Assembly: GCA_965208325.1 (NCBI GenBank)
Contig: OZ242326.1
Location: forward strand, 3,232,001 to 3,296,000
Source: Candidatus Poribacteria bacterium
GTDB taxonomy: Bacteria > Poribacteria > WGA-4E > PCPOR2b
DNA length: 64,000 nucleotides
Reading direction: 5' to 3'
The notes beneath the pieces were generated by a model, which saw nothing but the letters and a program-made list of their open reading frames with translations, had not been told where the DNA came from and searched no databases. Shown in pieces: positions 10,837-19,961 of this stretch. The position numbers and the translations under genes were made by a program. Every line of letters begins with the position of its first letter. Within the stretch, counting starts at the first letter, position 1.

Positions 10837-11595
10837 ATGTTTAGCACACAACATTGGCAGATTAAATTGGTATATGCCGGGTTCGGCGGGTTTTTGATGC
10901 TTGTCGGGATGTTGTTTTCGCCGGTTACGGCGCTTAGAGACAGAAAATTTGGGGATATTGAATGCACTAGCTTAACCGTCGTTGATGCGGATGGGGGTGA
11001 AGGCTTGTTGCTCAATGTCTCAGAATATGGCGGGCGAATCTTCGTGGGCGGAAATGACGGGGTGTCGTCGGCCTTTCTTACCATCAACGAAAATGGTGGG
11101 CATGTGCTTGTCCAAGGGAACGATGGGAAATCCGGCGTTTTTCTTAATGGACTGGATAAGAGCGGCGGTGGCGGGGCTGTTTCCGTACTGAGCAGCGATG
11201 GGAAACATGGAGTTGCCCTTGGCGGTATGGATAAGAGCGGCAGCGGTGGGTGGGTTACTGTGCAGGGCAAAGATGGGAATTCGGGAGTCTTTCTTAGCGG
11301 CATGGATAAGAGCGGCGGTGGCGGGTCTGTTTCTGTACAGAGCAGCGACGGGAAACCGGGAGTTGCTCTTAGCGGTATGGATAAGAGCGGCAGCGGTGGG
11401 TGGGTTACTGTGCAGGGCAAAGATGGGAGAGCAGTGGTGATGCTCAGCACAAATGACCATGGTGGGCTTGTCTCTTCCCATAGCAAAGATCGGCAATCGT
11501 CGGTAGCGCTTGGCATCAATGAGCATGGAGCATATGGGAAGATAAAAGGCGGTGGCGCTGAGTTTGTATGGGACAAGGATGGGTATCGACAGTGA
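10837..11595 (+). CDS. Membrane-anchored Gly-rich beta-repeat protein
   Basis: GGAGG RBS; N-terminal hydrophobic segment; 25-aa repeats (GMDKSGxGGxVxVxxxDGK). Confidence 0.75.
   Translation: MFSTQHWQIKLVYAGFGGFLMLVGMLFSPVTALRDRKFGDIECTSLTVVDADGGEGLLLNVSEYGGRIFVGGNDGVSSAFLTINENGGHVLVQGNDGKSGVFLNGLDKSGGGGAVSVLSSDGKHGVALGGMDKSGSGGWVTVQGKDGNSGVFLSGMDKSGGGGSVSVQSSDGKPGVALSGMDKSGSGGWVTVQGKDGRAVVMLSTNDHGGLVSSHSKDRQSSVALGINEHGAYGKIKGGGAEFVWDKDGYRQ
11153..11430 (+). repeat. Intragenic tandem repeat, about 4 x 75 bp (ABAB, 150-bp higher period)
   Basis: TGGATAAGAGCGGC recurs at about 11153, 11228, 11303 and 11378. Confidence 0.9.
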
Positions 11596-11698
11596 AGACC
11601 AGTGGAGAGTGGCTAGTTGCCAGTGGTCAGAGAAAACTGTCCACTATTCCTAATTTAAGGTGGATTTCGAATGAATACGAAACACTATTTGGTTATAA

Positions 11699-11958
11699 GC
11701 TCTTGTAGGTTGGGTTGAGCGGTGTTAACGAATCAACGCATGTATGCCGCGTGTGTTATGAGTTTTGGTAGTGTTCAAAAATTGACCAGGTGAAGCGTAA
11801 CCCAACGTTTTTTGTTAAATGCGAAATGTATCGCTGACCAGCGATTGTAGTAAACGAAAAGCGTTGGGTTTCGCTTGGCGTATTTTTGAGCCACGTCGTA
11901 CAGAATCGTGACGCAGGAATGCTTTTGGAATTATTCGATTAACCCAACATACAAGAGC
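11699..11958. repeat. REPIN-like palindromic element
   Basis: Outer inverted repeat GCTCTTGTAGGTTGGGTT / AACCCAACATACAAGAGC (17/18); inner GCGTAACCCAACG / CGTTGGGTTTCGC; half copies at 10270-10377 and 12842-12946. Confidence 0.8.
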
Positions 11959-12003
11959 TCTAAACGGTTATGTATCAAAGAGAAGGTGTAAAAGTCGGAA
12001 CGG

Positions 12004-12305
12004 TTATCTGAAGGGAGGAATGTCGGTGGGCAAACCCACTCGCATGAAAAAACGGGCAAAAGCTTGATAGAGATGTTCTCGGTTCGGGGGAAGTAATCGA
12101 ATACGGTTTGGGGTTTTTGCGGCGAACTCTCTGGTAAAATCTAGCGGCAGCGAGTAAGTGCGGCAAAAATCAGCAACGCTGAATGCTCGTTCTGCATTCG
12201 TTAAAGAATTTAGTGTTAGATTGGAGGGCGGAGAATTACCGGACAACTCTATAGGCTGCCTCCTCGCACTAATTCATCGCCATTTACTAAGCAATACCAA
12301 GGTTA
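12004..12305 (-). pseudogene. Decayed conserved hypothetical gene (RLLPPxREHLxQAFARFFMRVGLP family)
   Basis: Conserved-looking C-terminus; N-terminal PWYCLVNGDEL...SCPVI remnant in another frame, with stops. Confidence 0.55.
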
Positions 12306-12336
12306 TGTTTATTCCAAGACAGGAATAAAAGTCAAT

Positions 12337-12597
12337 TTATTGCTCTTCCCAAAAATTTTCAATGGGAAATGGTTTACTTCGTCCTTTGTATTTTAATTTA
12401 ACTCGAATTGTACCGGAAGGACGCGGTGGGGGAGTAGTTATGGCAACTTCCCAGTCCAGAATGTCCTCGTCATCGACAAAGCGAGGAATAAGATATTGTT
12501 GAGAATCTGAAACATTTTGGGCGATTCCAGACTCAATTTCTCCCTCAAATTGTAATTCATGCGATGTGCTTGTATGTTGGACGGAATGGATTGAAAT
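12337..12597 (-). CDS. Unannotated 86-aa ORF with ATT start (or start-mutated pseudogene)
   Basis: AGGAG RBS 5 nt before ATT; open frame ending DWEVAITTPPPRPSGTIRVKLKYKGRSKPFPIENFWEEQ; missing from the ORF track. Confidence 0.5.
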   Translation of the reverse strand: MSIHSVQHTSTSHELQFEGEIESGIAQNVSDSQQYLIPRFVDDEDILDWEVAITTPPPRPSGTIRVKLKYKGRSKPFPIENFWEEQ

Positions 12598-12950
12598 TCT
12601 AGCTCCTATTTTTCGGCAAAGGATTTGATTGACTTTCTCTTTTGCAAAAAACCTTGATATTTCTTAATTGTAACAAGAGTTGTAGAGTTTGTGCAATGAT
12701 ATAGAGGTTCGTTAAAAAACAGAACGGAAGAAAACGTAAACCAGCAACAACCTTATCCACCCAACGAATGCCGCTTGTGTTCCGGAAATTCCGAACGCTA
12801 AACAGCCATCTCACGACACCATCAGAATGAGACATGAATAACGTTGGGTTTCGCTACACAGTAACAAGTTTCAGACCGCATTAGCGCCCGGAACCGATTC
12901 TACCTATGTTATGTGTTTCATGAATGCCGCTCTACCCAACCTACAAAAGC

Positions 12951-13982
12951 TTATAGCCACTGCTTAAGCGCGGAATCTGCGGGATCGTCTCCTTCACGGC
13001 CCAATCGTATTTTTACCGTCGCTCCGGCGCGGCGCAACGCTCGCGTCAAATTACTGGTCGCCGTTTTGCCAGCTTTGTCCATGTCGGGGAATATCACGGG
13101 ATTACGCGCCGAGATGTGCTTTATTAGGGACGGGTGATTCGTGAGTTTGCTGAAGGTCGTGAGCGTAGCGATGACCGCTCCGGGTTCTCTTTCATAGATA
13201 GCGAGGGCGTCATTTACTCCTTCGCAGATGTTGATGTTGCTACTGTCTGGGTTTCCGCTGACGAAAATCCCACAACCGTTGACTCGTCCGTAGGTTCTTT
13301 TATTAACTGTGTTCCATCTTTCAGGTGTTCGCTTTTCACCTAGGGAGCCGATTGCGATGACGTGCACCGCTTGGGGAGCAGGTATCTTTGGGAACGCGTC
13401 AATCCAGCGATCGAATGTCGCGACGCAACACACGACTAAGCGCTTCCTAGCGTGAAATCGGACGGAGTGCGGCATCGGCATTTTTGACGGGAGCAGCCCA
13501 TGGCTCCACCGGCGTACGGGGTGCTCAAATTCCGCTGGCGCCGGGAGGGCATTATTCCAAAGGGTTAATCCGTATTCTAGCTGCCCGGTGTTGTGAGGCG
13601 GTTTAGCAATCGGGGGAGCGGCTTTTGGTTGCGGTTTTGTACGGCGCGGCTGGGGCGAGGTATGGTTTCCGGGGAGGAAATCGTTGTCCCTTAGCCACTG
13701 GATTGCCTCGTCACGGTTCCCCAAACCTTCGCAGTGCTCCACCATGGCAATCACGCCGCCGGTGACGCCGTTCTCATAGTCGGAAAATTTTCCATTTTCA
13801 AGGTAGAGCGCGAAACTGCCCTTGGTTCCCCATCGCCATTCCTTGTCGGATTTCGTTCGGGGCTCGCCCTTGAGGCGCAGGGCGACTTCGGGCGCTATTG
13901 CGTTCCAGTCAATTTGGTTGCCGAGTTGCGTTGATGATTGATGTCGATGGTGATGTGATCTGTTGCTTGTTGACTTATCCAT
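12951..13982 (-). CDS. Toprim-domain primase-like protein of plasmid/phage type
   Basis: ICEGVNDALA and IFPDMDKAG Toprim motifs, DDPAD tail; N-terminal WRWGTKGS...GGVIAMV DNA-binding-like region. Confidence 0.75.
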   Translation of the reverse strand: MDKSTSNRSHHHRHQSSTQLGNQIDWNAIAPEVALRLKGEPRTKSDKEWRWGTKGSFALYLENGKFSDYENGVTGGVIAMVEHCEGLGNRDEAIQWLRDNDFLPGNHTSPQPRRTKPQPKAAPPIAKPPHNTGQLEYGLTLWNNALPAPAEFEHPVRRWSHGLLPSKMPMPHSVRFHARKRLVVCCVATFDRWIDAFPKIPAPQAVHVIAIGSLGEKRTPERWNTVNKRTYGRVNGCGIFVSGNPDSSNINICEGVNDALAIYEREPGAVIATLTTFSKLTNHPSLIKHISARNPVIFPDMDKAGKTATSNLTRALRRAGATVKIRLGREGDDPADSALKQWL

Positions 13983-15231
13983 TCACGGAATCCTCTTGTA
14001 TCTGAGGCGGTTCTTCTGGTTGTAGCATGGTGGCGATGTCTTGAGGGAGTTTTACGCGATATCTTTGTTCGAAGTTCTTTACGCCTTTATGCCGGAAGGC
14101 ATCGACAATGTCGTAACCTCTCTCCGTGGCGGTCAGTAAATCCGATTGGGCACTGTCCCATTTTTCCAATTTTAACCATTCGACACCGCGGTAATAATAA
14201 ATTTTGGCAAGAAAGTTGGGATTTAGTGATATCGCACTGGTGTAATCCATTAAACTACGTTCATGGTCATTCACAAGGGAGTAGAGACCACCACGCATCA
14301 TGTATGCATAGGCGTAATCATCTTTTAAATAGAGAGCTTTGGTTACGGTCTCAACAGCACGTTTGATTTTGAGCATTTTAGCGTAACATAGGGCTTGATT
14401 TGCGTAAATTGTAGCGTCATATGGAGAATATTGAATTGCTGCTGTGTAGGCATTAATTAGCGGTAAAACCGTTTGGTTTCTTTCATCTATAGACGCGGGT
14501 AGGGACGCAATCATGTCGCTCAATGTTTTGTCCGCTGGATAAAGCGGTCTTTTCGGTCCGTCCGACCAATTCAGGTTTCGATGGCGTATGAATCCTTGTA
14601 GGTCATTGAAGATTGTTTGAGCAGATATGTTTTCGAATTTCCAAAGGTGAATCAAAATCCACTGTTTAAGGTGGGATGGTACTATAAGGGTGGTAATGTC
14701 TTCTAAATTAATGTAACCGTTCGACGGTTGGGCGAACACACTCTTTTGTGCGAGCACGCGGTTTTTCGGACTTTGAGGTTTCCGAATATTGTATTTGTCT
14801 TTTGTTTTATCTGTTGTTTTCAGTAGGATAATTCTGCCATCTTTGTCATGAAAGCCGTTGCACGCGAAAAAGAGGGCGATTCGGTAGTCGGTAGTAAAAT
14901 CAATCAGATTTGTGTCATTACCGTAAAGTTGAAGTTCAGTGAATATTTCAAAATTCTCTTTGTTTTCGTACGCTGGGATGTAGCGTCTGACTTGGTTTAG
15001 GATTCCTTGCTCTAGGTGTCGGATAGGGACTTTGCCTGATTTTGAGACGACAGGGGCAGACCGGTAGAGGGTGGAAGAGACCTTGCCCCAATATGGTTCT
15101 TCATCATAGGTTTCAGGTTCACCTCGGTAGATGCGGTCGGCGCTGCCTAATTGTCCCGCTATTTTGTCAGTAATTTTGGTCAACCCGGCAAGGTAGTAGC
15201 TTTGAGGATTTGTCGATCGTGGAGTGCTCAT
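13975..15231 (-). CDS. FRG-domain protein with C-terminal TPR repeats
   Basis: YRGE...QLYGNDTNLIDFT...ALFFAC...RVLAQKSVF FRG pattern; TPR helices such as AYAYMMRG and YYYRG. Confidence 0.85.
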   Translation of the reverse strand: MSTPRSTNPQSYYLAGLTKITDKIAGQLGSADRIYRGEPETYDEEPYWGKVSSTLYRSAPVVSKSGKVPIRHLEQGILNQVRRYIPAYENKENFEIFTELQLYGNDTNLIDFTTDYRIALFFACNGFHDKDGRIILLKTTDKTKDKYNIRKPQSPKNRVLAQKSVFAQPSNGYINLEDITTLIVPSHLKQWILIHLWKFENISAQTIFNDLQGFIRHRNLNWSDGPKRPLYPADKTLSDMIASLPASIDERNQTVLPLINAYTAAIQYSPYDATIYANQALCYAKMLKIKRAVETVTKALYLKDDYAYAYMMRGGLYSLVNDHERSLMDYTSAISLNPNFLAKIYYYRGVEWLKLEKWDSAQSDLLTATERGYDIVDAFRHKGVKNFEQRYRVKLPQDIATMLQPEEPPQIQEDSVNG

Positions 15232-15303
15232 TATGGTGCTCCAAAGCCAAGCATATAGCTCTTCTATTTATGTTGCGAGTTCAGCGTACAAGGTTGGGTA
15301 AAC

Positions 15304-15349
15304 AAAAAAAGGGCATCAGTGCACTTAGACTGTACAAACCGATACCCTT
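15304..15349 (-). terminator. Intrinsic terminator/attenuator upstream of the FRG-primase pair
   Basis: Minus strand AAGGGTATCGGT...ACTGATGCCC-T7; C/A mismatches on + are G-U pairs on -. Confidence 0.65.
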
Positions 15350-15370
15350 GAAAAGCAATGGGGGAAAAAC

Positions 15371-15400
15371 TTGACACTTTATATTTAGGTATGCTAAAAT
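15371..15400 (+). promoter_or_regulatory. Sigma-70 promoter with extended -10
   Basis: TTGACA-N18-TAAAAT with TGn. Confidence 0.6.
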
Positions 15401-15406
15401 AATCCA

Positions 15407-15500
15407 TACGTTTGATTTAATTCCTTACTCGTTTTTTCGCCCCTAAACGAGAAAACGACTTTGCCCTAGCTGGTTGACCGCCGGTTAGGGCATTTTTTTT
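15407..15500 (+). ncRNA. Candidate ~95-nt antisense (counter-transcript-like) RNA
   Basis: Promoter, then hairpin CTCGTTT/AAACGAG, then terminator GCCCTAGCTGG/CCGGTTAGGGC-AT8; no ORF inside. Confidence 0.5.
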
Positions 15501-15566
15501 CGCTTGAAAAGCTATTGGATAGGCATGGTATGTGAAACAAAGATCTGTTAGGTGCGAAGTCCGCCT

Positions 15567-15959
15567 TTATTGTTCACTCTTGTTTTTGCGTGAAATGCGA
15601 AACGCTTTGAATATTGGTGAAGAGTAGTAACTTTCAATTAGATCTTTCCCCGGCATGTTCGGCAAGAACAGGTAAGCAATGCCAAGTATAACGAACACGG
15701 CCGCGATTATAGCGAAGCCATTTTCTATCCAGTGCCATACAGGATAAAAGAAGGAGCCAGGTACACAATTGGTGTTTATCACGTCGAATAAACCTATCAT
15801 GAAGAAGCACGTTATTGCTACCTTAATTATCGTTTTGCGATGAAGCGTAATTTTGAAGCGTCCGAAGCGTCCAATGAGGTGCAAACCGGCATATAGCAAG
15901 CCAATCAGGGCTAGCAACGTTACAAATAAAAATGCCAAAAATCCGAAGCGAATTGTCAT
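15567..15959 (-). CDS. Hypothetical 3-TM membrane protein
   Basis: Three hydrophobic segments; GGAG RBS. Confidence 0.65.
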   Translation of the reverse strand: MTIRFGFLAFLFVTLLALIGLLYAGLHLIGRFGRFKITLHRKTIIKVAITCFFMIGLFDVINTNCVPGSFFYPVWHWIENGFAIIAAVFVILGIAYLFLPNMPGKDLIESYYSSPIFKAFRISRKNKSEQ

Positions 15960-16003
15960 CGTATTGCTCCGCTAGTTACTCGTTTGGATACTCCTGCGGT
16001 TTG

Positions 16004-16276
16004 CTAAGTTTGTGTACGATCGTCAATTCCTTCGGCAGGTGTCGTGTTTGGTTCGGGTCTCGGCGCGGGCGTATTGGTATCTGTGTTACCGTCATTGCTC
16101 AACTCACGCTTGATTAGCTCTCCGACCATGCTGTTTATCAAGTGGCCGTTCCGGAAGGCGTTACGCTTAAAGTCGTCGTAAATATCCGACTCAATTGAGA
16201 ACACGTACTGCTTGCAAGCGGTTTGGCGCGGATTTTGCCGGTACCACTTTCGCGTCTTCGTATCCTTCGCTGGCAC
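16004..16276 (-). CDS. Ribbon-helix-helix (CopG/ParG-like) DNA-binding protein
   Basis: Beta strand KQYVFSI, helix SDIYDDFKRNAFRNG, helix INSMVGELIKRE; GGAGG RBS with GTG start. Confidence 0.6.
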   Translation of the reverse strand: MPAKDTKTRKWYRQNPRQTACKQYVFSIESDIYDDFKRNAFRNGHLINSMVGELIKRELSNDGNTDTNTPAPRPEPNTTPAEGIDDRTQT

Positions 16277-16620
16277 GGTAACCGCCTCCCTAGGCTGCCG
16301 GTTCTGCGGCGATGAATTGTTACACCAAATATAACGTGATAGAAATCATATAATTACTCTCATCGGTTGTCAAGGATTTTTCTGTATGCTTACTTTCAAG
16401 AATGCAAGAGTCTTGGAAATCTTGAAAGAGACGCCGGCGTGACGGAGAGGAAGTGATTAGTTATGCAAATACCTAGTGCGCGAATGCTTGAAATCATCAA
16501 TTGTTACTTTCAAGGTTTCAAAATGTAAAGGATGGTTGAAATCTTGAAAGCAAATGCTACTTTTAGCCGCAGGCGTTGTGTGCGCGGCATGAACAATTGC
16601 GTTATCTGAAGCGTTGTTCT

Positions 16621-16985
16621 TCACTTTGAGCGGTATGCGCCAGCAGTGGCGAGTGCGGAGACGGTTCCGATAAACAGACCCACCAGAACAGCTATTGTTA
16701 TCATGTGGACATTTCCCACGATTGCCGCACACACTCCCCCCAATACTGCGCCACTCAAGGGGGGATGACAAAGGCATACCTCACTTTTTCATGTTCGATA
16801 GCCCATGAGATTCCAAAAATTAGACCAATAACAAAACTCCAGCCTATTACTACTTCGTCGTCTCCATAAAGGTCGCCATCCAATACGACTTCAAAAGTAA
16901 ACAGAAACACCAATCCCGCTAGAAAGCCTCCCATGGTGCAAGTGACGATCTTGGGAACAATTCGAGACAGACAGCGAATTGTCAT
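16621..16985 (-). pseudogene. 4-TM membrane protein frameshifted at a C6 tract
   Basis: ORF stops at IPP*; one extra C continues as LSGAVLGGVCAAIVGNVHMITIAVLVGLFIG...YRSK*. Confidence 0.55.
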
Positions 16986-17768
16986 TAAAATTTATCCTCT
17001 CTTGCTTGCCGAATTTACTCTGTCACGCCGGGTTTGTTAAGGCTTAACGATTTGCTATCTTGGATATGGAGCGCTCCCAGCTAGCAAATTGTAAAATTGT
17101 GAATATGACGCAGTGTGTATGGCCGCTTGGATTCTTCAATCTTTGCTTTAGGTTGGGTTGAACGGCAGTTTGTGGAAGATTACATGTGGTAGATAATCTC
17201 TAGCGGGATAGAGAGTCCCACGCATTAACACGTATGGAAAACGCCCGATGCGCATCCGTGATAAAATGTGAAAGGATTCCTCTCGGTTCGCAGCGTAGGA
17301 CCTCTTTGAGTGTGCTAACCAGATTGAGCGCGCCCAACTGACTCCCTGCTCATCAGGCTACCCAACTGCCTGCATCCTACCACGTTGTGCCATCCCAATG
17401 AACGCCTTAGCAAGTGCTTTATTTCCAGCATCTCCCTGAATCATTGCCTTAATTGAGGGCTTGGCTCTTTTGCCGCCATTGTCTTTCTTCGTGCAGCAAG
17501 AAGTTATGTAATTTCACAGTAACGTATTCACATGTTATTTGCGTAATCCGATGAAAGTCAGTCCCAGACTGCGTTTACGCACTTTTTCTGTCTGTGAAAA
17601 TACTAGCATTTGGTTCAAGGTACTGTGAAAACTGTGAAAAATTAAAAAGTCTCTCGCTTATTTTTGCCATTCCCAACCGCGTCCCGGTAAAAGCGAATAA
17701 TGCGCTGTTTTGGTTGAATTCTGCCCCTACACGTGCCCCCAAACAACCGAATGTACCCGATTCTAATC

Positions 17769-19076
17769 TTAAGATGCATCAATATCTTCGCTAAACTCGG
17801 AGATGTCAGGTGGGAGTTCCAGTTGTGCGGTGGATTCGTCCGCGGGAAGGGCTTCGACCGTTTGAAGTTGCCGCTCCATGGCGCGAGTGCGGGTCTTGGT
17901 CTGACCGACTGTATTGGAGGCTGTGTTCAACTGGCGCTCCAACTTATCCATTATCGCGCCGAATTTGCCGAACTCCGTCTTCACGGCTGCAAGAATCTCC
18001 CAAACCTCGCTAGATCTCTTTTCAATGGCGAGGGTTTGGAAACCCATGCGGAGGCTATTCAAGAGCGCAGCTAGCGTGGTTGGGCCCGCGACGACAATCC
18101 GGTATTGTTGCAGGAGTTCCGTCACTTGGCCAGGGGAACGGAGGACCTCGGCATAAAGCCCTTCGGTCGGCATGAACATGATGGCAAAATTCGTGGTCTT
18201 AGGCGGGGCGATGTATTTGTCGTGAATCTTCTTGGCTTCAGCTTGCACCGATCGTCTGAAGGCACGGGACGCCTCCTGCACGGCAGTGGGGTCAGTACCG
18301 TTGTCGGCGGCTTCAACCAATTTTTCGTAATCAGCAAGCGGAAACTTGGAATCAATTGGCAGCCACACACAGGCGTCCGGCTCATCATCTCGTCCGGGGA
18401 GGCGGATGGCGTACTCCACTTCGTCCTGCGAGTTTGCTATCGTCCGTACGTTAGTGTCGTACTGATCCGGCGTGAGCACCTCTTCGAGGAGTGCGCCAAG
18501 CTGAACCTCGCCCCAAGTGCCGCGCGCTTTGACGTTTGTCAGGACGCGCTTGAGATCGCCGACGCCGGTTGCGAGGTTCTGCATCTCTCCGAGGCCGTGT
18601 TGCACCGCTTCAAGACGCTTACTGACGAGATTGAATGATTCGCCGAGCCGTTTTTCCAGCGTTGATTGAAGTTGTTCATCAACCGTCTTGCGCATCTGTT
18701 CAAGCTTGTTTTCATTGCTCGTCTGCATGGCTTGAAGCCGTTCGTCGACGGTTGACCGGACCTCCTTAAGGCGCTTTTCGTTGGATTGTGTCAGTGTGTC
18801 GATTGCATCTGTTCCGCTCTTGATATGGCGCGCCTGTGTTGCGCCGAGTTCTCCGACAGACTTAATGAGCGTGTTGGCAGTGGTTTCCTGACCGGCTCTA
18901 ATCTCGTTTCTGATTTCGCGGTCTGACCGCGCGACTTCCTCACGAAGGGAGCGCAACCCGTCTTGCACGGCTACCCCTGCTGCGCTCTTTCCAATCAACC
19001 GCACCAACACGAACCCGAGGAGCACAAGATTGACGGTTGACAGACCTACAAGGACCCAGATAAGTGTTTCAATCAT
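17769..19076 (-). CDS. rmuC: DNA recombination protein RmuC
   Basis: N-terminal TM, coiled coil, KARGTWGEVQL, LPIDSKFP, FMPTEGLY, GPTTLAALL. Confidence 0.95.
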   Translation of the reverse strand: MIETLIWVLVGLSTVNLVLLGFVLVRLIGKSAAGVAVQDGLRSLREEVARSDREIRNEIRAGQETTANTLIKSVGELGATQARHIKSGTDAIDTLTQSNEKRLKEVRSTVDERLQAMQTSNENKLEQMRKTVDEQLQSTLEKRLGESFNLVSKRLEAVQHGLGEMQNLATGVGDLKRVLTNVKARGTWGEVQLGALLEEVLTPDQYDTNVRTIANSQDEVEYAIRLPGRDDEPDACVWLPIDSKFPLADYEKLVEAADNGTDPTAVQEASRAFRRSVQAEAKKIHDKYIAPPKTTNFAIMFMPTEGLYAEVLRSPGQVTELLQQYRIVVAGPTTLAALLNSLRMGFQTLAIEKRSSEVWEILAAVKTEFGKFGAIMDKLERQLNTASNTVGQTKTRTRAMERQLQTVEALPADESTAQLELPPDISEFSEDIDAS

Positions 19077-19117
19077 CTCCTTTGACCTCCAGTTGTTTAA
19101 CTTGAAACTTGCGCAGT

Positions 19118-19798
19118 TTAGTTCAGTTTCTCAATCCAGCCATTGACAACCCTAGCCATCTCGACGAATACGTCCTCCGCGGTTTTGCGGGAGCGTTTGA
19201 GCACTTTGAAACCGTGGTCGGCGGTATCCAGCAGATGCAAGGTTGCCTTGTCACCGAGTTTTTCACAAACCGGTGTTAACAAATCCAGTTCCGCCAATTT
19301 GTCCCGTGTTCCGGACAGGAACAGCATCGGCACCGTTACATCGCTCAGGTGATCGGCGCGTTCGGTGCCCGGTCTACCGGCGGGGTGGAGCGGGAATGCG
19401 AAGAACACTAAACCGCGCACACCTTCCAGCGGGGCATCCGCGGCTGCATGGGAGGACATTCGTCCGCTGTAGGAGTGCCCTCCAACGAGAAGCGGTAGTC
19501 CGCCCGCCGCCTCGTGTGCGGCGGCAACTGCGGAGCGCACGGTTTCCAGCGCAACCGCTTGTGACTCTCGACCGCCTCCGCCGCGTTCCATGTAGGGGAA
19601 TTGATAGCGGAGCGTGGCGATTCCGGTCTCTGCCAAACGTTCGGAAATCGTCTGGAGTGTTGGATGCCGCATATTTGTGCCCGCACCGTGTCCCAAAACC
19701 AGCAGCCAACTCGCGCCATCCGGACGAATCAGTAACGAGGAGACCTCGCCTTTTTCCTGCGTTGCGATGAATTTTGATTCTATCATCTCATGGCTCAT
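19118..19798 (-). CDS. Alpha/beta hydrolase (KANL3/Tex30-like)
   Basis: HGAG, GGHSYSGRM nucleophile elbow, SGTRD, ADHGF. Confidence 0.9.
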   Translation of the reverse strand: MSHEMIESKFIATQEKGEVSSLLIRPDGASWLLVLGHGAGTNMRHPTLQTISERLAETGIATLRYQFPYMERGGGGRESQAVALETVRSAVAAAHEAAGGLPLLVGGHSYSGRMSSHAAADAPLEGVRGLVFFAFPLHPAGRPGTERADHLSDVTVPMLFLSGTRDKLAELDLLTPVCEKLGDKATLHLLDTADHGFKVLKRSRKTAEDVFVEMARVVNGWIEKLN

Positions 19799-19961
19799 TG
19801 TATGCGTCTCCTTACCAGAAAATAATGTAGCAACATTTTGTGCTCACCGCGGGCGGCATAGCACGATTTTAGAATAAAACCGTGTTTTCCGTCAAGGCGA
19901 AACTGGGGATATTCTTGAACGGTATGGACGAGCTATTGCAGTCAAACCCCCTCTAACTCCC

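Noticed and set aside
10833..11576. 247-aa Pro-rich ORF on the minus strand
   Set aside because: Antisense shadow of the Gly-rich repeat gene, which has the RBS and hydrophobic leader.
8600..17000. Integron cassette array (small ORFs separated by repeats)
   Set aside because: No consistent RYYYAAC...GTTRRRY attC boundaries were seen, gene orientations are mixed, and there is no integrase.
17000..17760. Structured RNA or gene in the long gap after rmuC
   Set aside because: No recognisable RNA family motif, and the frames examined are interrupted by stops; left uncalled.
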